DNA from: Azolla caroliniana
Taxonomy: Eukaryota > Plantae > Polypodiophyta
Assembly (NCBI GenBank): GCA_043228905.1
Contig: JBHGNT010000018.1
Span: 7,502,001-7,566,000, forward strand
Direction: 5' to 3'
DNA: 64,000 nucleotides
Shown here one piece after another: positions 38,139 through 49,825 of the stretch (its first letter is position 1; each line of letters opens with the position of its first letter). The notes under the pieces were generated by a model. The model did no database searches and had not been told where the DNA came from. It was given only the letters and a program-made list of their open reading frames with translations. Made by a program: the position numbers and the translations under genes.

Positions 38139-40296
38139 CGTCGTGCCTTTCGGCGCCAGATCGTTTGCGTGAGTCGGGTGGGAACTGCTGGGGTTTTGGA
38201 CTAGGAAGAGGAGAGTTTTAAGGCTAATAAGAATATAAATATGTTGTAAGAAAGAGTTATAGTAAACTTGTGAATCCCACGAGTGTATTGTATTAGATTA
38301 ATCAATATGAATATAAGAATAATTTGGGTTGAAAGAGAATGATATAGAATCCTCGTGAATCCCACAAGTATAGTTTATTAATTGGTGTTTTTTAGAAACA
38401 TATCTAGTTTCAAAAATATTTTTCATCCCCCCCCCCATTACATTGTGCTCCCCATCCTTATGTAGTGATGAGGGAGTCTTAGCAATCCATGCTTTTTCTT
38501 CTCTAACTATAGACTCCATGCTTTTCCTATAGATAGACTATATGCTTTATCTAAAGTGATCATGCTTTTTGTAACTTGTGTGTTTTTTTATCAACTATAG
38601 CGTTCATGCACGCTAGATGTGCATGCGTAGCTTTTTCTTTTAGCATGCGTTTTCTTTTAACTAAAGTTTATCCCAGCGGAACTAACCTTTCTATGTGGAA
38701 CATCTATTTTTAACACTAATGAAATGCTAGTGCAATGGTAAGACATTACATTATTAACTTGAAGGTGCAAGGTTCGAATCTTGCCCTATGCATGTAATGC
38801 CTATTTGTATATTTTCTTCTTTTTTTCTTCATATTTATTAAGTCGGTTATTTTATATTATTTTCACGTAGTGTACGAAATACTCTACGACACTCGCCCCC
38901 TCCGAACCCGCACATCCTCTGGTATGTGCCGAAGTTGTCAGTGATTGTTAGTCTCGTCTGTCCGTTCTCCGCATGGTTGGTTTCGTCGCCGGCCCCGTTC
39001 GGTGTCCGGTTTTTGGTTGCCGACTCCCCCCGGTTTCCAGTTCTATTCGGTTGCAGGCTCTATCCGGTCTCCAATTACCGACCCTCGTAATTCTTCTTTA
39101 CTTGTAGGACCCTCCGTTTCTCTTGCTATGTCGGCTTTGTCTCTCCATTTTGAACACATTCATTCTTTCCACTTGAACCATTGTTGCCATCCGATCCACC
39201 ATAGTCTTCGTTCGCTTTTTGCATTGCTATGGCCCGCTTGGTCCTTGTCATCCGTGGTAGTGTCTTTGCTTGGCCTCTTCCTTGTCTTTATCAATATTGA
39301 TTTCTTTTCGGATCTTCGGTTGAGTTGGATTAGCTTCTTTCCGATTCGGTATCGTCCGATCATCTTTCGGTTAGATCGGCTTCCATTCCGATTTGTATTT
39401 GGCTGATTCGGACTCGGTTGATCGGTTTTTACCGATTCAGCCCCCTTCCGGATCTGTGTCGACCGATCGGTTTCCGTCTAGATTTTCTTTCTTTTCTTTG
39501 TTTTCACTGGTCTCGACCGATTTGACTTCCAGAACTTCTTTCCGGATCGGTCTCGTTCGATCGACTTCCGGTTGGAATGATTTCCGTCCGTGTCGAACTC
39601 TTGGATTTTGTACGGATCCACTTCCGCTTGCTTTAGCTTTCTTTTAGACTGGAATTTCGGACGGATCATCTTCCATCCGAACCGGCTTCCAACTTTACCT
39701 TCCTTGCCGCCATCTCCCGTCTCTCCTGTCTCACGTTGGTTCTCGGATGCAACCGTCGAAGTCTCTAGGATTAGTGCGCATGAACCCTCGGTATTATCAT
39801 CCTCTATCATTTCAACCATAGCCACCTTCTCGGCTATCTCTCCGTCGTATGAATCAGCTTCGACCTTTGTTTTCTCTCCACCACCTTCCATCTTGTTAGG
39901 AAATAGGTCCCTTCGGATGGGAAGGGAGAAGAACAGTGCTGATGAGCAAACTCGGCCGAGGCCGAAACTGGATGACGAGTACCCGGCTATGGAGAGCCGG
40001 ATGGTGCAGACCCGGTGAGAACCGGATGAGGAGAACCCGGCTACGGAGAGCCAGATGGTGCAGACCCGGTGAGAACCGGATGACGAGTACCCGGCTACGG
40101 AGAGACAGATGGTGCAGACCCGGTGAGAACCGGATGAAGAGACATATTTGTAAATATGTTTCTGAGAGTCCATCGTGGCTATATTTGTAAATAGCCTAAA
40201 AGTCATATTAGTATAAATATGACTTAGGGCAAACTTATGATGTATAGTAGTTATCATTCTTGTTGGTGCAAGAAGAGAGAGCGTGTAACTGTGTAC

Positions 40297-40332
<36 letters not shown>

Positions 40333-42413
40333 GGTTTCGTATCTCTGTTGTAACCGCCGACTGTGGCGAAGATAGCAAGCTCGAGGTCGTGGCCTCGATG
40401 CTTTTCTATTGTACATTCTGATATAGTGATAGTTTGCGGTTTGCGGGCTGCCGTGGTTTTTCCCGAGTTTGGGTTTTCCACATAAAACATCCTGTGTACT
40501 TTTCTCTCCTTTGTGTCGTGCATTCATTCCCGTTTTTTGTTTATGATTCTAAGCTTGGTTGTGGCCGAGCATTGCGCATAGGGAGCGTGTAGTTCCCGTC
40601 ACATCTCTTCGGTCTCACGTTGCCTTTCGAACGCAACCGCCGGAGTCTCTGGAATCAGTGGTGGGGAAGTCTCAATATGGCCATCCGCCATTGATTCGTC
40701 CATAGCCACCTTCGATTCGATGTCATCTTTCATGGCGACCTCCTCAATCAAGTCCTCCATGCTCTCTTTCACTGCATCAATTATGCGTACCCCTTTTTCA
40801 CCCGATGTTTTGGACACTTGTATTCCGAAATCTTCTTCGACACTTGGGTTATCGGCCTTATCCTTCACCGTCGTTCTTTCGCAAGAGAAGAGGGTAGCTT
40901 ATTTTACACCCTCTTCCGTCACACCATCATGTTGTATTTCGGCCTTCATATTGGCTCCATCGATTGTCTTCAATCGACCATCCTTCATCGGCCATGTCGT
41001 TGACAAGATTCTCATCTTCCTCTCATCATGTCTCCGGCATACCCTTTGGACTTCAGCCCAATCTTCGGTAAGACCATTCGCACCGTCATCGTCTTCGAGT
41101 TCGATCCCGATGTCCATCCTTTCTTTTCGATCGATCGATTTTACGAACATTAGGACTTTATCCTCTCCCACCAATCTTTGTTCCCGCTTCGAGAGTCGAG
41201 CAAAACAATGCTCGAACTCTAGGAATACTTGTGTTGCACTCCGGTAGATCTTCTCCGATGCCACCCATTCGTCGAATTCTCGCCGATCTTGTCCCTTTGA
41301 TCTCTTGAAATCATATGCCTCTCGTAAAGCTTCTTCAAAGGACCCCCATGTTGGATTTTATTGCCGTATCTTGTAGATTCTTTCTTGTAACTCATCCGTG
41401 GCTACTCGATTGAAGGATGTCACTTGCAATCCTTCCAGTATCCCACATCGCATCATCTCGGCCTTGTATTTGCATAGATAGCGTGTCACATCCTTTCTGT
41501 CGAATTCCCCGTTTCTTTGCACAAGCCGCGCTACTGCCGATTTCATCTCCGACATTGTGCGTTGCTCTTCTTGCATCCGCTTAATCATCATCATCATCAT
41601 ATTCATCGCTTCTTGTCAATTCTCTATCTCCTTACCACCCCTCTTCATGTCAGGTTCACCACATGTGTCGTGCCTTTCGGCGCCAGATCGTTTGTGTGAG
41701 TCGGGTGGGAACCGCTGGGGTTTTGGACTAGGAAGAGGAGAGTTTTAAGGCTAATAAGAATATAAATATGTTGTAAGAAAGAGTTATAGCAAACTCGTGA
41801 ATCCCACGAGTGTATTGTATTAGATTAATCAATATGAATATAAGAATAATTTGGGTTGAAAGAGAATGATATAGAATCCTCGTGAATCCCACGAGTATAG
41901 TTTATTAATTGGTGTTTTTTAGAAACATATCTAGTTTCCAAATATTTTTCACCCCCCTTACATTGTGCTCCCCATCCTTAATGTAGTGATGAGGGAGTCT
42001 TAGTAATCCATGCCTTTTCTTCTCTAACTATAGACTCCATGCTTTTCCTATAGATAGACTATATGCTTTATCTAAAGTGATCATGCTTTTTGTAACTTGT
42101 GCGTTTTTTTATCAACTATAACGTTCATGCACGCTAGATGTGCATGCGTAGCTTTTTCTTTTAGCATGCGTTTTCTTTTAACTAAAGTTTATCCTAGCTG
42201 AACTAACCTTTCTATGTGGAACATCTACTTTTTAACACTAATGAAATACTAATGCAATGGTAAGACATTACATTATTAACATGGAGGTGCAAGGTTCGAA
42301 TCTTGCCCTATGCATGTAATGCTTATTTGTATATTTTCTTCTTTTTTTCTTCATATTGATTCAATCGGTTATTTTTTATTATTTTCACGTAGTGTACAAA
42401 ATACACTACGACA
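38139..42413 (-). mobile_element. Non-autonomous gag-only LTR element C (tRNA-Trp PBS)
   Basis: LTRs 38139-38891 and 41666-42413; 4-bp TSD ACGC; PBS TGGTGAACCTGACATGAA (~41644-41661); PPT GAGGGGGCGAG; decayed gag (GEFDRKDVTRYL...); no pol domains seen. Confidence 0.88.
39894..40601 (+). mobile_element. Solo LTR (Copia family related to the element at 61389) inserted in element C
   Basis: TG...CA ends; perfect TSD CATCT; removing it restores the host frame RETEEMEGG; internal 54-bp tandem repeat x3 (~39970-40140); similar to 61389-61887. Confidence 0.88.
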
Positions 42414-42789
42414 ACGCGGGGACATCACGGACGAGTCTCCACTACTCGTCGTCTCTTCAATAGGTTGGCCATTTCGGCCCAACCCCTCATTTGGCCCACT
42501 TAGCCAAAATTAGATTGGACTCTCTCTCAGAGCTCCGATTTCCCCATCATGTGGAGGCATTTCAGCCTCGCTAACTTCGTCCTCAGAATTTGGAATGGAG
42601 TCATGAGGAGTTGGAGGTGAAGGCAAGTACCATGAAGCGGACTCGTCGAACACGACATCTCGGCTTATGCGTACTTCCTTCTTTCGGGGGTTGTAACACT
42701 TATACCCCTTTTGCTCGTCTGAATAGCCGACGAAGATACATTTCTCGGCTTTGGCATGCAGCTTCCTCCTTCGGCACGTGCACATACGC

Positions 42790-45700
42790 TGTCGCGTTGT
42801 TACGCGCGTACGTGTAGAAGGGGCGGGACCACCGGGGTCTCGGACTAGGGAGTGGAAGAGAAAGAATAGGACATGATATGGAGGCTTAGCTCAAGAGGAG
42901 AAGAGGAAAGAATAAGACCACAACATAGAAGGAGAGATCGGCGGAGGCAAGATGTTCAACAAGTTATATTAAAACAACGAATGGTTACAGCAATGGTGGC
43001 CACATGGGCCACACCAAACGACTATGAGAAAACCCTAACCGAAGATGAATAAGGAACCCCTAAACAAAACCCTAGCCCTAAAACGGTAAGAACTCTAGGC
43101 TAAGTGGTATACCTCTCATACGCAAAATAGGCAACCCTTTCATAAGTGACCCCTCCCTTCCTTTTATAGCCCAAGGAGGGAGGGACCTTACAATGTGGGA
43201 CAAAAATTTCCCCTCTCTTTCAATACACCATATCCTAGTATACATGTGCACATGTTGCACACCACCGACTTGCCCCTTCCACCCCGGTTTCCGCCTATGG
43301 ACGAAAATCTTCACGACATCCACCCCCACCAAACCGCACATCCACCGGTATGTGCCAAGAAAGGAAAAGGGTGAGAGATTTCGGCCACGGTGATCAACCG
43401 GGTCTTTCGCCTTACCGGCACCCAACCTTCTTGCCGGTCCCTTGCCGGCGCCGATCCGTCTTGCCAACTCCTTACAGGCCCCGACCCGCCGGCTCCATCC
43501 GATCCACCACGTCTAGCGCACACACCTTCTTCTTCGACTGGCCATCCCGAACACCGTTGCCGATCCTGTCTCCCTTCCTTCGCTCACCGCACATGTCCTC
43601 CGGTTAGACCCCTGATTACTTCGATTGCTCGCCGGGTGCCGCTCCTCGCGTATCGCGTGTGTTCCACCTCCGGCTCGACCTTCTCCTCGGCCCGAACACC
43701 TCGTACTGACTCCCTTCGTTCTGCGCTCGGCTTCCGTAGGCACTTTCCGTGCGTCGTTGTCATTCATCGAATGCGCGCTCGTTCTTCGGTCCTTACGTGA
43801 CCCTGTTATGCGCTCCTTGCTTCTCCCTTGCTCGCCGTGCTCTCTCGCTGTAGAGCGTACCGTCATCCCGACCACCATGTCAGTGCCCTTCGCGACTCCC
43901 GTTATCGCTTCATCCCGACTCTCGTCCTCTTGGCCCGCTTGGCCTCGCATGTGTTCCGGGACGCCGCGCTTCCTCTTCTCGGCGTGTAGCCCGTCGCTCT
44001 CCTCACACCTCCTTCGGTTCTCAAGACACTGCCTTCTATGCTCGCCGATCATCCGCCGATACGGGCACCTCACCGCTCCGTCTCTCGCCGCGTGCATTCC
44101 TCGCAAAGGCTCGTATGTCCTCCGGGTGAGTTCCTGATCTCTCCGATCGCCCTCCGGATTCCGCTCTTTTCGTGCCGCGTATGTTCCTCCATTGGTTTTA
44201 TCGTCTCCGCATGCCGAACACCTCGGTGTGTCGACTCTTCCCGCTCCGCGCTTGCCTTCCGTAGGCTCTTCCCGTGCGCCGATGTTGTCCCCCGAATATG
44301 CACTCATTCTTCGGTCCTTACGTGACCCCGTTACGTGCTCCTCGATTCTCCCTTCCTCTCCGTGCTCTCTCGTAGTAGAGCGTATTGTCATCCCGACCTC
44401 CGTGTCGGTGTCCCTCGAGGCTCTCGTTACCGCCTCGCCTCGACTTGCGCTTTCTTGGCCCGCCTGGCCCGCTTGGCCGCACACATCCTTTGGGATGCCC
44501 CGTTTGCTCCTCACGGTACGTGACCCTCCGTTCTCCACGCATCCCCTCCGTTTTCCCAGACACAATCCTTTGTTCATGCTGATCACGCTTGTCTCGTTCC
44601 GTCGATCTTGGCGTCTCGTCGCACTGTCCGTCGTCCCGCGCTTGCCTCTCGAAGGCTTCCTCCGACCGTCATCGTCGGTCACTCGTTGCGGCTCCTCCGA
44701 ATGCACGCCTGCTTCTTGGCCCATTTTACGCCGTAGTGCATGCTCCATTTTACGCCGTAGTGCATACTTCGTATTACGCGCCTCATCCACCGTAAACCCG
44801 ACCTCCGCGTTGGTCCCTTCGTCCTTCGTTGCCGTAGCCCATTCCAACTCGGGCTTGCCGTCTTGGCCCCGCTCGTCCATTATTTCATACCGGATATCTA
44901 CACCGGTCTCCACCCCTGCATCAGCCTCTAACTCCTCGCCGCCACCCACAGTCTCTTCGGTCTTATGTTGATCCGCAACCGCCGAAGTCTCAAGAATAGG
45001 TGCAGAGGGTTCCCCTTGCTCTCGGTCTTCCGCCAAGCCGTAATCACTGTGCTCGGTTAGCCTCCTTCTTGCGCTCACCGGCTCCCACCACGTGTTGTGG
45101 CTCGTACACCTCGGCCTCCAATCATGCTGACATAGCCTTCGCCCGGATCGGTCTCGACCGATCGAGTTCCGGTTTGGTCGGCTCCCTTTCCTAACCGTAA
45201 CCAGCCGGTACATGTTTGTCCGCACAAATCCGGCCTTGCTAGCTCTTCTTCGGTTCGGGCCCGGTTGACCGGACCCCACTCCAATCTTCTTCCGCCTTCT
45301 CTTCCGGTCGTGTCGGATTACCGACCGGTTCATCTTCCGGTCGGGTCGGTTCCCGACTCTCTCCTCGCCGTTCCTGACCTCTCTGTCGGTCCTCTTGTAT
45401 ATGCCCGTTCCGGGCCTCTCGTCCTCATCTTCGCATGTGTTCGCTCCGGGCCATGCCTCCTCACGGCCACTGTCCTTCTCTTCGGTCTCATGTTGGCATT
45501 TGAGCACAACCGCCGCAGTCTCCGACCCCGGTGTCGAGAGGTCTTGCCTCCGTCCGCTATGACCTTCCTCGTCGTCGTTTCGATCGTCCGCTTTGCCGCC
45601 GCCACCTTCCGTCTCTCCGGTCTCACGTGGGCTCTCGGGGCCGACCGCCGAAGTCTCTAGAATAGGTGTGGGAAAAGTCCCGGTACCGTTACTCGCCGAT

Positions 45701-47462
45701 GCCATGTTCGTAGCCACCTTCGTTCGGACGCCGTGGTCCGTGGCTATCTCTTCCTCGTTCTCTTCGTCGCCGTGGTAGCTTGCCTTGCCGCCACCACTGC
45801 TCGTCGCTCTAGGTCTCATGCCGGCACTCGGGCCGACCGCCGGAACCTCTAGGGCCAGTGTGTGTAAGGTCGCGGCACCGCCACTTGTTATGTCCGTAGC
45901 CACCTCTATCCGGACGTCGTTGTCCGTGGCTACCCCGTCTCCAATCGCGGAAGCCTCGATTACGCTTGCCGCCTCCTCTTCCTCGATCCTCTTGCCGTCG
46001 TCTTGGTTGCCCGCCTTGCCGCCGCCACCGCCCGTCGCTCTAGGTCTCATGCCGGCTCTCGGGCCGGCCGCCGGAGCCTCCATGACCGGTGTGGGTAAGA
46101 ACTCGGCACTGCCGCTCGTCTCCTCCCCATTCGATGTTTCGGGCCGCCATGTCCCGAATCCGTAGTTATCGGCCTCCATGGCCGTCCCTTCACCGCAAGG
46201 CAAGAGGGTTGCTTGCTCCACACCCTCTCCCATGTCGCCGTCGTACGCTCTTCTGGCCTCTGTATAGGCCCCGTCTTCTACGCTTAGGGAGGCTTCTTCC
46301 TCCGTATCCTCCGATCGCCTCCGGCCCGACTCCATAATAAGCCCTTCTTCGGCTTCAATTTTCCCCTTCACAAGCTCGCATGCCTCCCGTATTAGCGCTT
46401 CTAGGTCGAGCTCCTCCGAACCGTTTTGCGTTGAGCTCTCTTCCGGCGGTAGTGTGTACTCACTCACCGCTCTCTCTTCTTCGCCGCTTGCGGGCCGTGT
46501 TGTGGCCGACCGCCTCGTGTCATGTTGCCGGCACACCCACCGATCGAACTCATGTCGACCTCTTCCTTCCGGTTCCGTGTACCCGTACGCCTCCAATAGG
46601 GCTCCCTCAAAGGACACCCACGACTCATGAGCTTCCCGTAGCTCCTTGACCTCCTTGTGCACCGATACAACCGCCACTCGAGGAAAATACTCTAGCCGCA
46701 TCGCCTCGTCTACGCCCCCTTTCGCCATCTCGGCATTGTATGCTTCTAAGACATTGTCCCCGTTGAACCGGCCGACTCGATCAACAACCTTTTCGACGGC
46801 TTGTTGAGCCGCATCTCGCTTCGCCATCTTCCGTCCGGCTTCTATCACGATCTTTGCCATCATCTCCTCGAAGTCGAAGTCTTCTTCCATCTCCATGCTC
46901 CTTTGCCGCCCTTCACGTCGGGTTCACCAAAGATGTCGCGTTGTTACGCGCGTACGTGTAGAAGGGGCGGGACCACCGGGGTCTCGGACTAGGGAGTGGA
47001 GGAGAAAGAATAGGACATGATATGGAGGCTTAGCTCAAGAGGAGAAGAGGAAAGAATAAGACCACGACATAGAAGGAGAGATCGGCGGAGGCAAGATGTT
47101 CAACAAGTTATATTAAAACAACGAATGGTTACAACAATGGTGGCCACATGGGCCGCACCAAACGACTATGAGAAAACCCTAACCGAAGATGAATAAGGAA
47201 ACCCTAAACGAAACCCTAACCCTAAAACGGTAAGAACTCTAGGCTAAGTGGTATACCTCTCATACGCAAAATAGGCAACCCCTTCATAAGTGACCCCTCC
47301 CTTCCTTTTATAGCCCAAGGAGGGAGGGACCTTACAATGTGGGACAAAAATTTCCCCTCTCTTTCTATACACCATATCCTAGTATACATGTGCACATGTT
47401 GCACACCACCGACTTGCCCCTTCCACCCCGGTTTCCGCCTATGGACGAAAATCTTCACGACA
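42790..47462 (-). mobile_element. Non-autonomous gag-only LTR element D (tRNA-Trp PBS), young
   Basis: 529-bp LTRs 42790-43318 and 46934-47462, about nine substitutions apart by eye; 4-bp TSD ACGC; PBS TGGTGAACCCGACGTGAA 46912-46929; purine-rich PPT at 43319; interrupts the integrase of A at GNIA|YVH. Confidence 0.93.
43513..46896 (-). CDS. 1127-aa Gag-like protein with a long repetitive low-complexity tail
   Basis: Open ORF starting just after the PBS; N-terminus VGRFNGDNV...YNAEM resembles the gag of C; repeated PILETSAV/GGGGKA units and a ~525-bp internal duplication; no PR/RT/INT motifs. Confidence 0.7.
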   Translation of the reverse strand: MEMEEDFDFEEMMAKIVIEAGRKMAKRDAAQQAVEKVVDRVGRFNGDNVLEAYNAEMAKGGVDEAMRLEYFPRVAVVSVHKEVKELREAHESWVSFEGALLEAYGYTEPEGRGRHEFDRWVCRQHDTRRSATTRPASGEEERAVSEYTLPPEESSTQNGSEELDLEALIREACELVKGKIEAEEGLIMESGRRRSEDTEEEASLSVEDGAYTEARRAYDGDMGEGVEQATLLPCGEGTAMEADNYGFGTWRPETSNGEETSGSAEFLPTPVMEAPAAGPRAGMRPRATGGGGGKAGNQDDGKRIEEEEAASVIEASAIGDGVATDNDVRIEVATDITSGGAATLHTLALEVPAVGPSAGMRPRATSSGGGKASYHGDEENEEEIATDHGVRTKVATNMASASNGTGTFPTPILETSAVGPESPRETGETEGGGGKADDRNDDEEGHSGRRQDLSTPGSETAAVVLKCQHETEEKDSGREEAWPGANTCEDEDERPGTGIYKRTDREVRNGEERVGNRPDRKMNRSVIRHDRKRRRKKIGVGSGQPGPNRRRASKAGFVRTNMYRLVTVRKGSRPNRNSIGRDRSGRRLCQHDWRPRCTSHNTWWEPVSARRRLTEHSDYGLAEDREQGEPSAPILETSAVADQHKTEETVGGGEELEADAGVETGVDIRYEIMDERGQDGKPELEWATATKDEGTNAEVGFTVDEARNTKYALRRKMEHALRRKMGQEAGVHSEEPQRVTDDDGRRKPSRGKRGTTDSATRRQDRRNETSVISMNKGLCLGKRRGCVENGGSRTVRSKRGIPKDVCGQAGQAGQESASRGEAVTRASRDTDTEVGMTIRSTTREHGEEGRIEEHVTGSRKDRRMSAYSGDNIGAREEPTEGKRGAGRVDTPRCSACGDDKTNGGTYAARKERNPEGDRRDQELTRRTYEPLRGMHAARDGAVRCPYRRMIGEHRRQCLENRRRCEESDGLHAEKRKRGVPEHMRGQAGQEDESRDEAITGVAKGTDMVVGMTVRSTAREHGEQGRSKERITGSRKDRRTSAHSMNDNDARKVPTEAERRTKGVSTRCSGRGEGRAGGGTHAIREERHPASNRSNQGSNRRTCAVSEGRETGSATVFGMASRRRRCVR

Positions 47463-49789
47463 ACGCGATGTTGCCAAAAATCCTCAAGTGTGCCAAGTTC
47501 GGCTTCTTTCTGAAATATAGCTCATGTGGCGACACTCCTCCATTAGCAGAAGTCTGATTCTGCAGGTAGACAACCGTCCTCACGGCGTCGGCCCAATAGA
47601 ATTTCGGCATATGCTTCACTTCAAGCATTGCCCTGGCCGCGTCTTGAATCGTCTGATTCTTCCTTTCGGCTACGCCGTTCTGCTTCGGCGTATATCTACA
47701 CGAGAATTCACGTTGAATTCCCTCCTTCTGTAGATAACTCGTGAACTGGTCGGAGAAGTACTCCTTCCCGCCATGGGACCGTAGGTATTTGATCTTACGC
47801 CCTGTTTCCCTTTCCGCAAGGCTCTTCACATTCAGGAAACATGCGTAGACTTTGCTCTTCTTCGCGATCGTGCATACCCACGTGTGCCGAGTGAAGTCGT
47901 CAATGAAGGTTACAAAGTAACACCTTCCATCGAGACTCACGTTCTGTGCCGAACCCCACACATCCGTATGGATCAAATCCAGTGGATTTCGACTATGATT
48001 ATGCTCGTTGGGGAATGGAAGTCGGTGTTGTTTTCCCATTTGGCAGGCTTCGCAGACTTGGCCATTCTAGCCTCGAAATTTCGGCAAGTTGAACACAATG
48101 TTCTTCGTCCGCATTTCACGAAGCCACGGGAAGTTAATATGGCCGAAGCGCTTATGCCACAGGTCGATGTCCAACTCGACCTTCTGCCCTTTCGCAAACA
48201 TAACGATGCCTACATGGTTGGTTTCGAGGATAACAATCCTCCCTTCATGGCGTCCTTGTGCGATTACTTTGTCTTCCTCTTCTATGAAGCACCCTAGATG
48301 CGTGAATCGAACCCGCATTCCCTGGTCGACGATCTGACCGACCGACACCAGGTTCTTCGTTATTATCGAGACATGCAACACGTTCATGAGTTTCCCTTTC
48401 TGCCCGACGTGGCTGAGGGGAACTTCGCCGACATGTTCAATGGTATGCGGAGTGTCGTCTCCCGTTTCGATCACTCCTTGCGATTCCGATTTCTCCAAGT
48501 ACGAGAACCACTCCTCGTGACTCGACATATGATTTGACACTCGGGAATCAACATACCACACCTCGCTCGATTTCGAGGTGTTCACGGCCATAGAATTGGT
48601 TGTATGCTTCATTATGAAGGTTGGGCCTGATTTGTTTTCGGCTCGTTCAGAGCCTTCTGCGTAGTGTGATCTCTGACGCCTCTCTGCATCTCTTCGGCTC
48701 GATCCGGCTTTGTCTGAATCGACTCTCTTTTTACAGCACTCACTCTCAATGTGGCCTTTCTTGCCACAATATCAGCATTCCGATTCGGCCTTCTCTTGCC
48801 GGCTTCCGGTGCCGCCATGACTCCCCTTGCTTGTGGAGGGTTAGGAACTGCTGTCGGCATTTCGATTATGCCGCTTGTTCTGCTCTTGTCGGCCACCTCC
48901 ATTGCGCACCGATCCGCCTCGTCCACCACGACCACGGGGCCTATCTTCCTCCGTGTACATCATCTTGCTGTCAGCGTGCGTACTCGTCGACGCACCCGCG
49001 TGGTTTTCCTCTACGAGCAACATCGATTGAAGCTTGAAAGACAAAGGCGTATTCTCCCTCGTTCAAACCGCCATTCGGAAAGCTCTGAACCTGGACGCTA
49101 GCCCACCAAGGCACACTTGCACCATCTCGTCCTCCTCAATGTTCACATTGACGGAGGCGAGAGAGTCATAGATTTCCTTGATTCAGGCTGTGTAATCGGC
49201 CACAGACAGAGCTTTCTGCCGGACATTGCTGAGCTCCTACCTGAGTTGTAGCTTCCTGGCCGTTGTGCTTACAGCAAAAATCTTTTTGATATTCGCCCAC
49301 GCGTCCTTTGGCATCTTACCATCCCGAATATAGCTCAATAGTTGGTCCTCTCACATTGGTTGCAAAGCAGTAGAGAACTCTGCTTGCCGCTTGTTCCCAA
49401 GCTGAAAAATCTCTGTCTCTGTTTGTCGAATCGGGTGCTACATCATTAGCTCCTTCGACATAACTCCAGTAACCGTGACCAAGCAGGTACTGGTGCATCT
49501 TGTACGACCAAGATGCGTAGTTTCTCCTGTCGAGCTTCTCAGTCGGTAGAGAGCTCTTCCCATTCCTCTGTCCATGTTGTTGTCTTATCTTTTCCGAAAA
49601 CCAAGAATAACAACTCAACTATGTCTTTGTCGCAAGCTTTTCTGTCGGCTACAGAGGACTTCAACCCTCGCGCTCTGATACCATGTAAAAGAATAGTGTG
49701 TGTGGAAGCGTATGCGAAACACCGAGTACACAGCTTAGAGAATGACAATTTGGTAAAACACAGAAAACGCAGAGATGGAGATGGAGAGG

Positions 49790-49825
<36 letters not shown>

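Noticed and set aside
38726-38795. Functional tRNA gene
   Set aside because: Acceptor and anticodon stems do not form; only the A/B boxes and a T-arm-like hairpin remain.
39930-39985. Hammerhead ribozyme-like CTGATGAG...GAAAC in the solo LTR
   Set aside because: Stem II does not pair beyond the first base pair, and I found no stem I/III with an NUH cleavage site.
39478-40527. 349-aa ORF
   Set aside because: Chimeric read-through of an antisense solo LTR (54-bp repeats, GA tract) into the decayed tail of element C.
43625-46165. Many plus-strand ORFs of 100-260 aa
   Set aside because: Antisense shadows of the GC-rich 1127-aa ORF.
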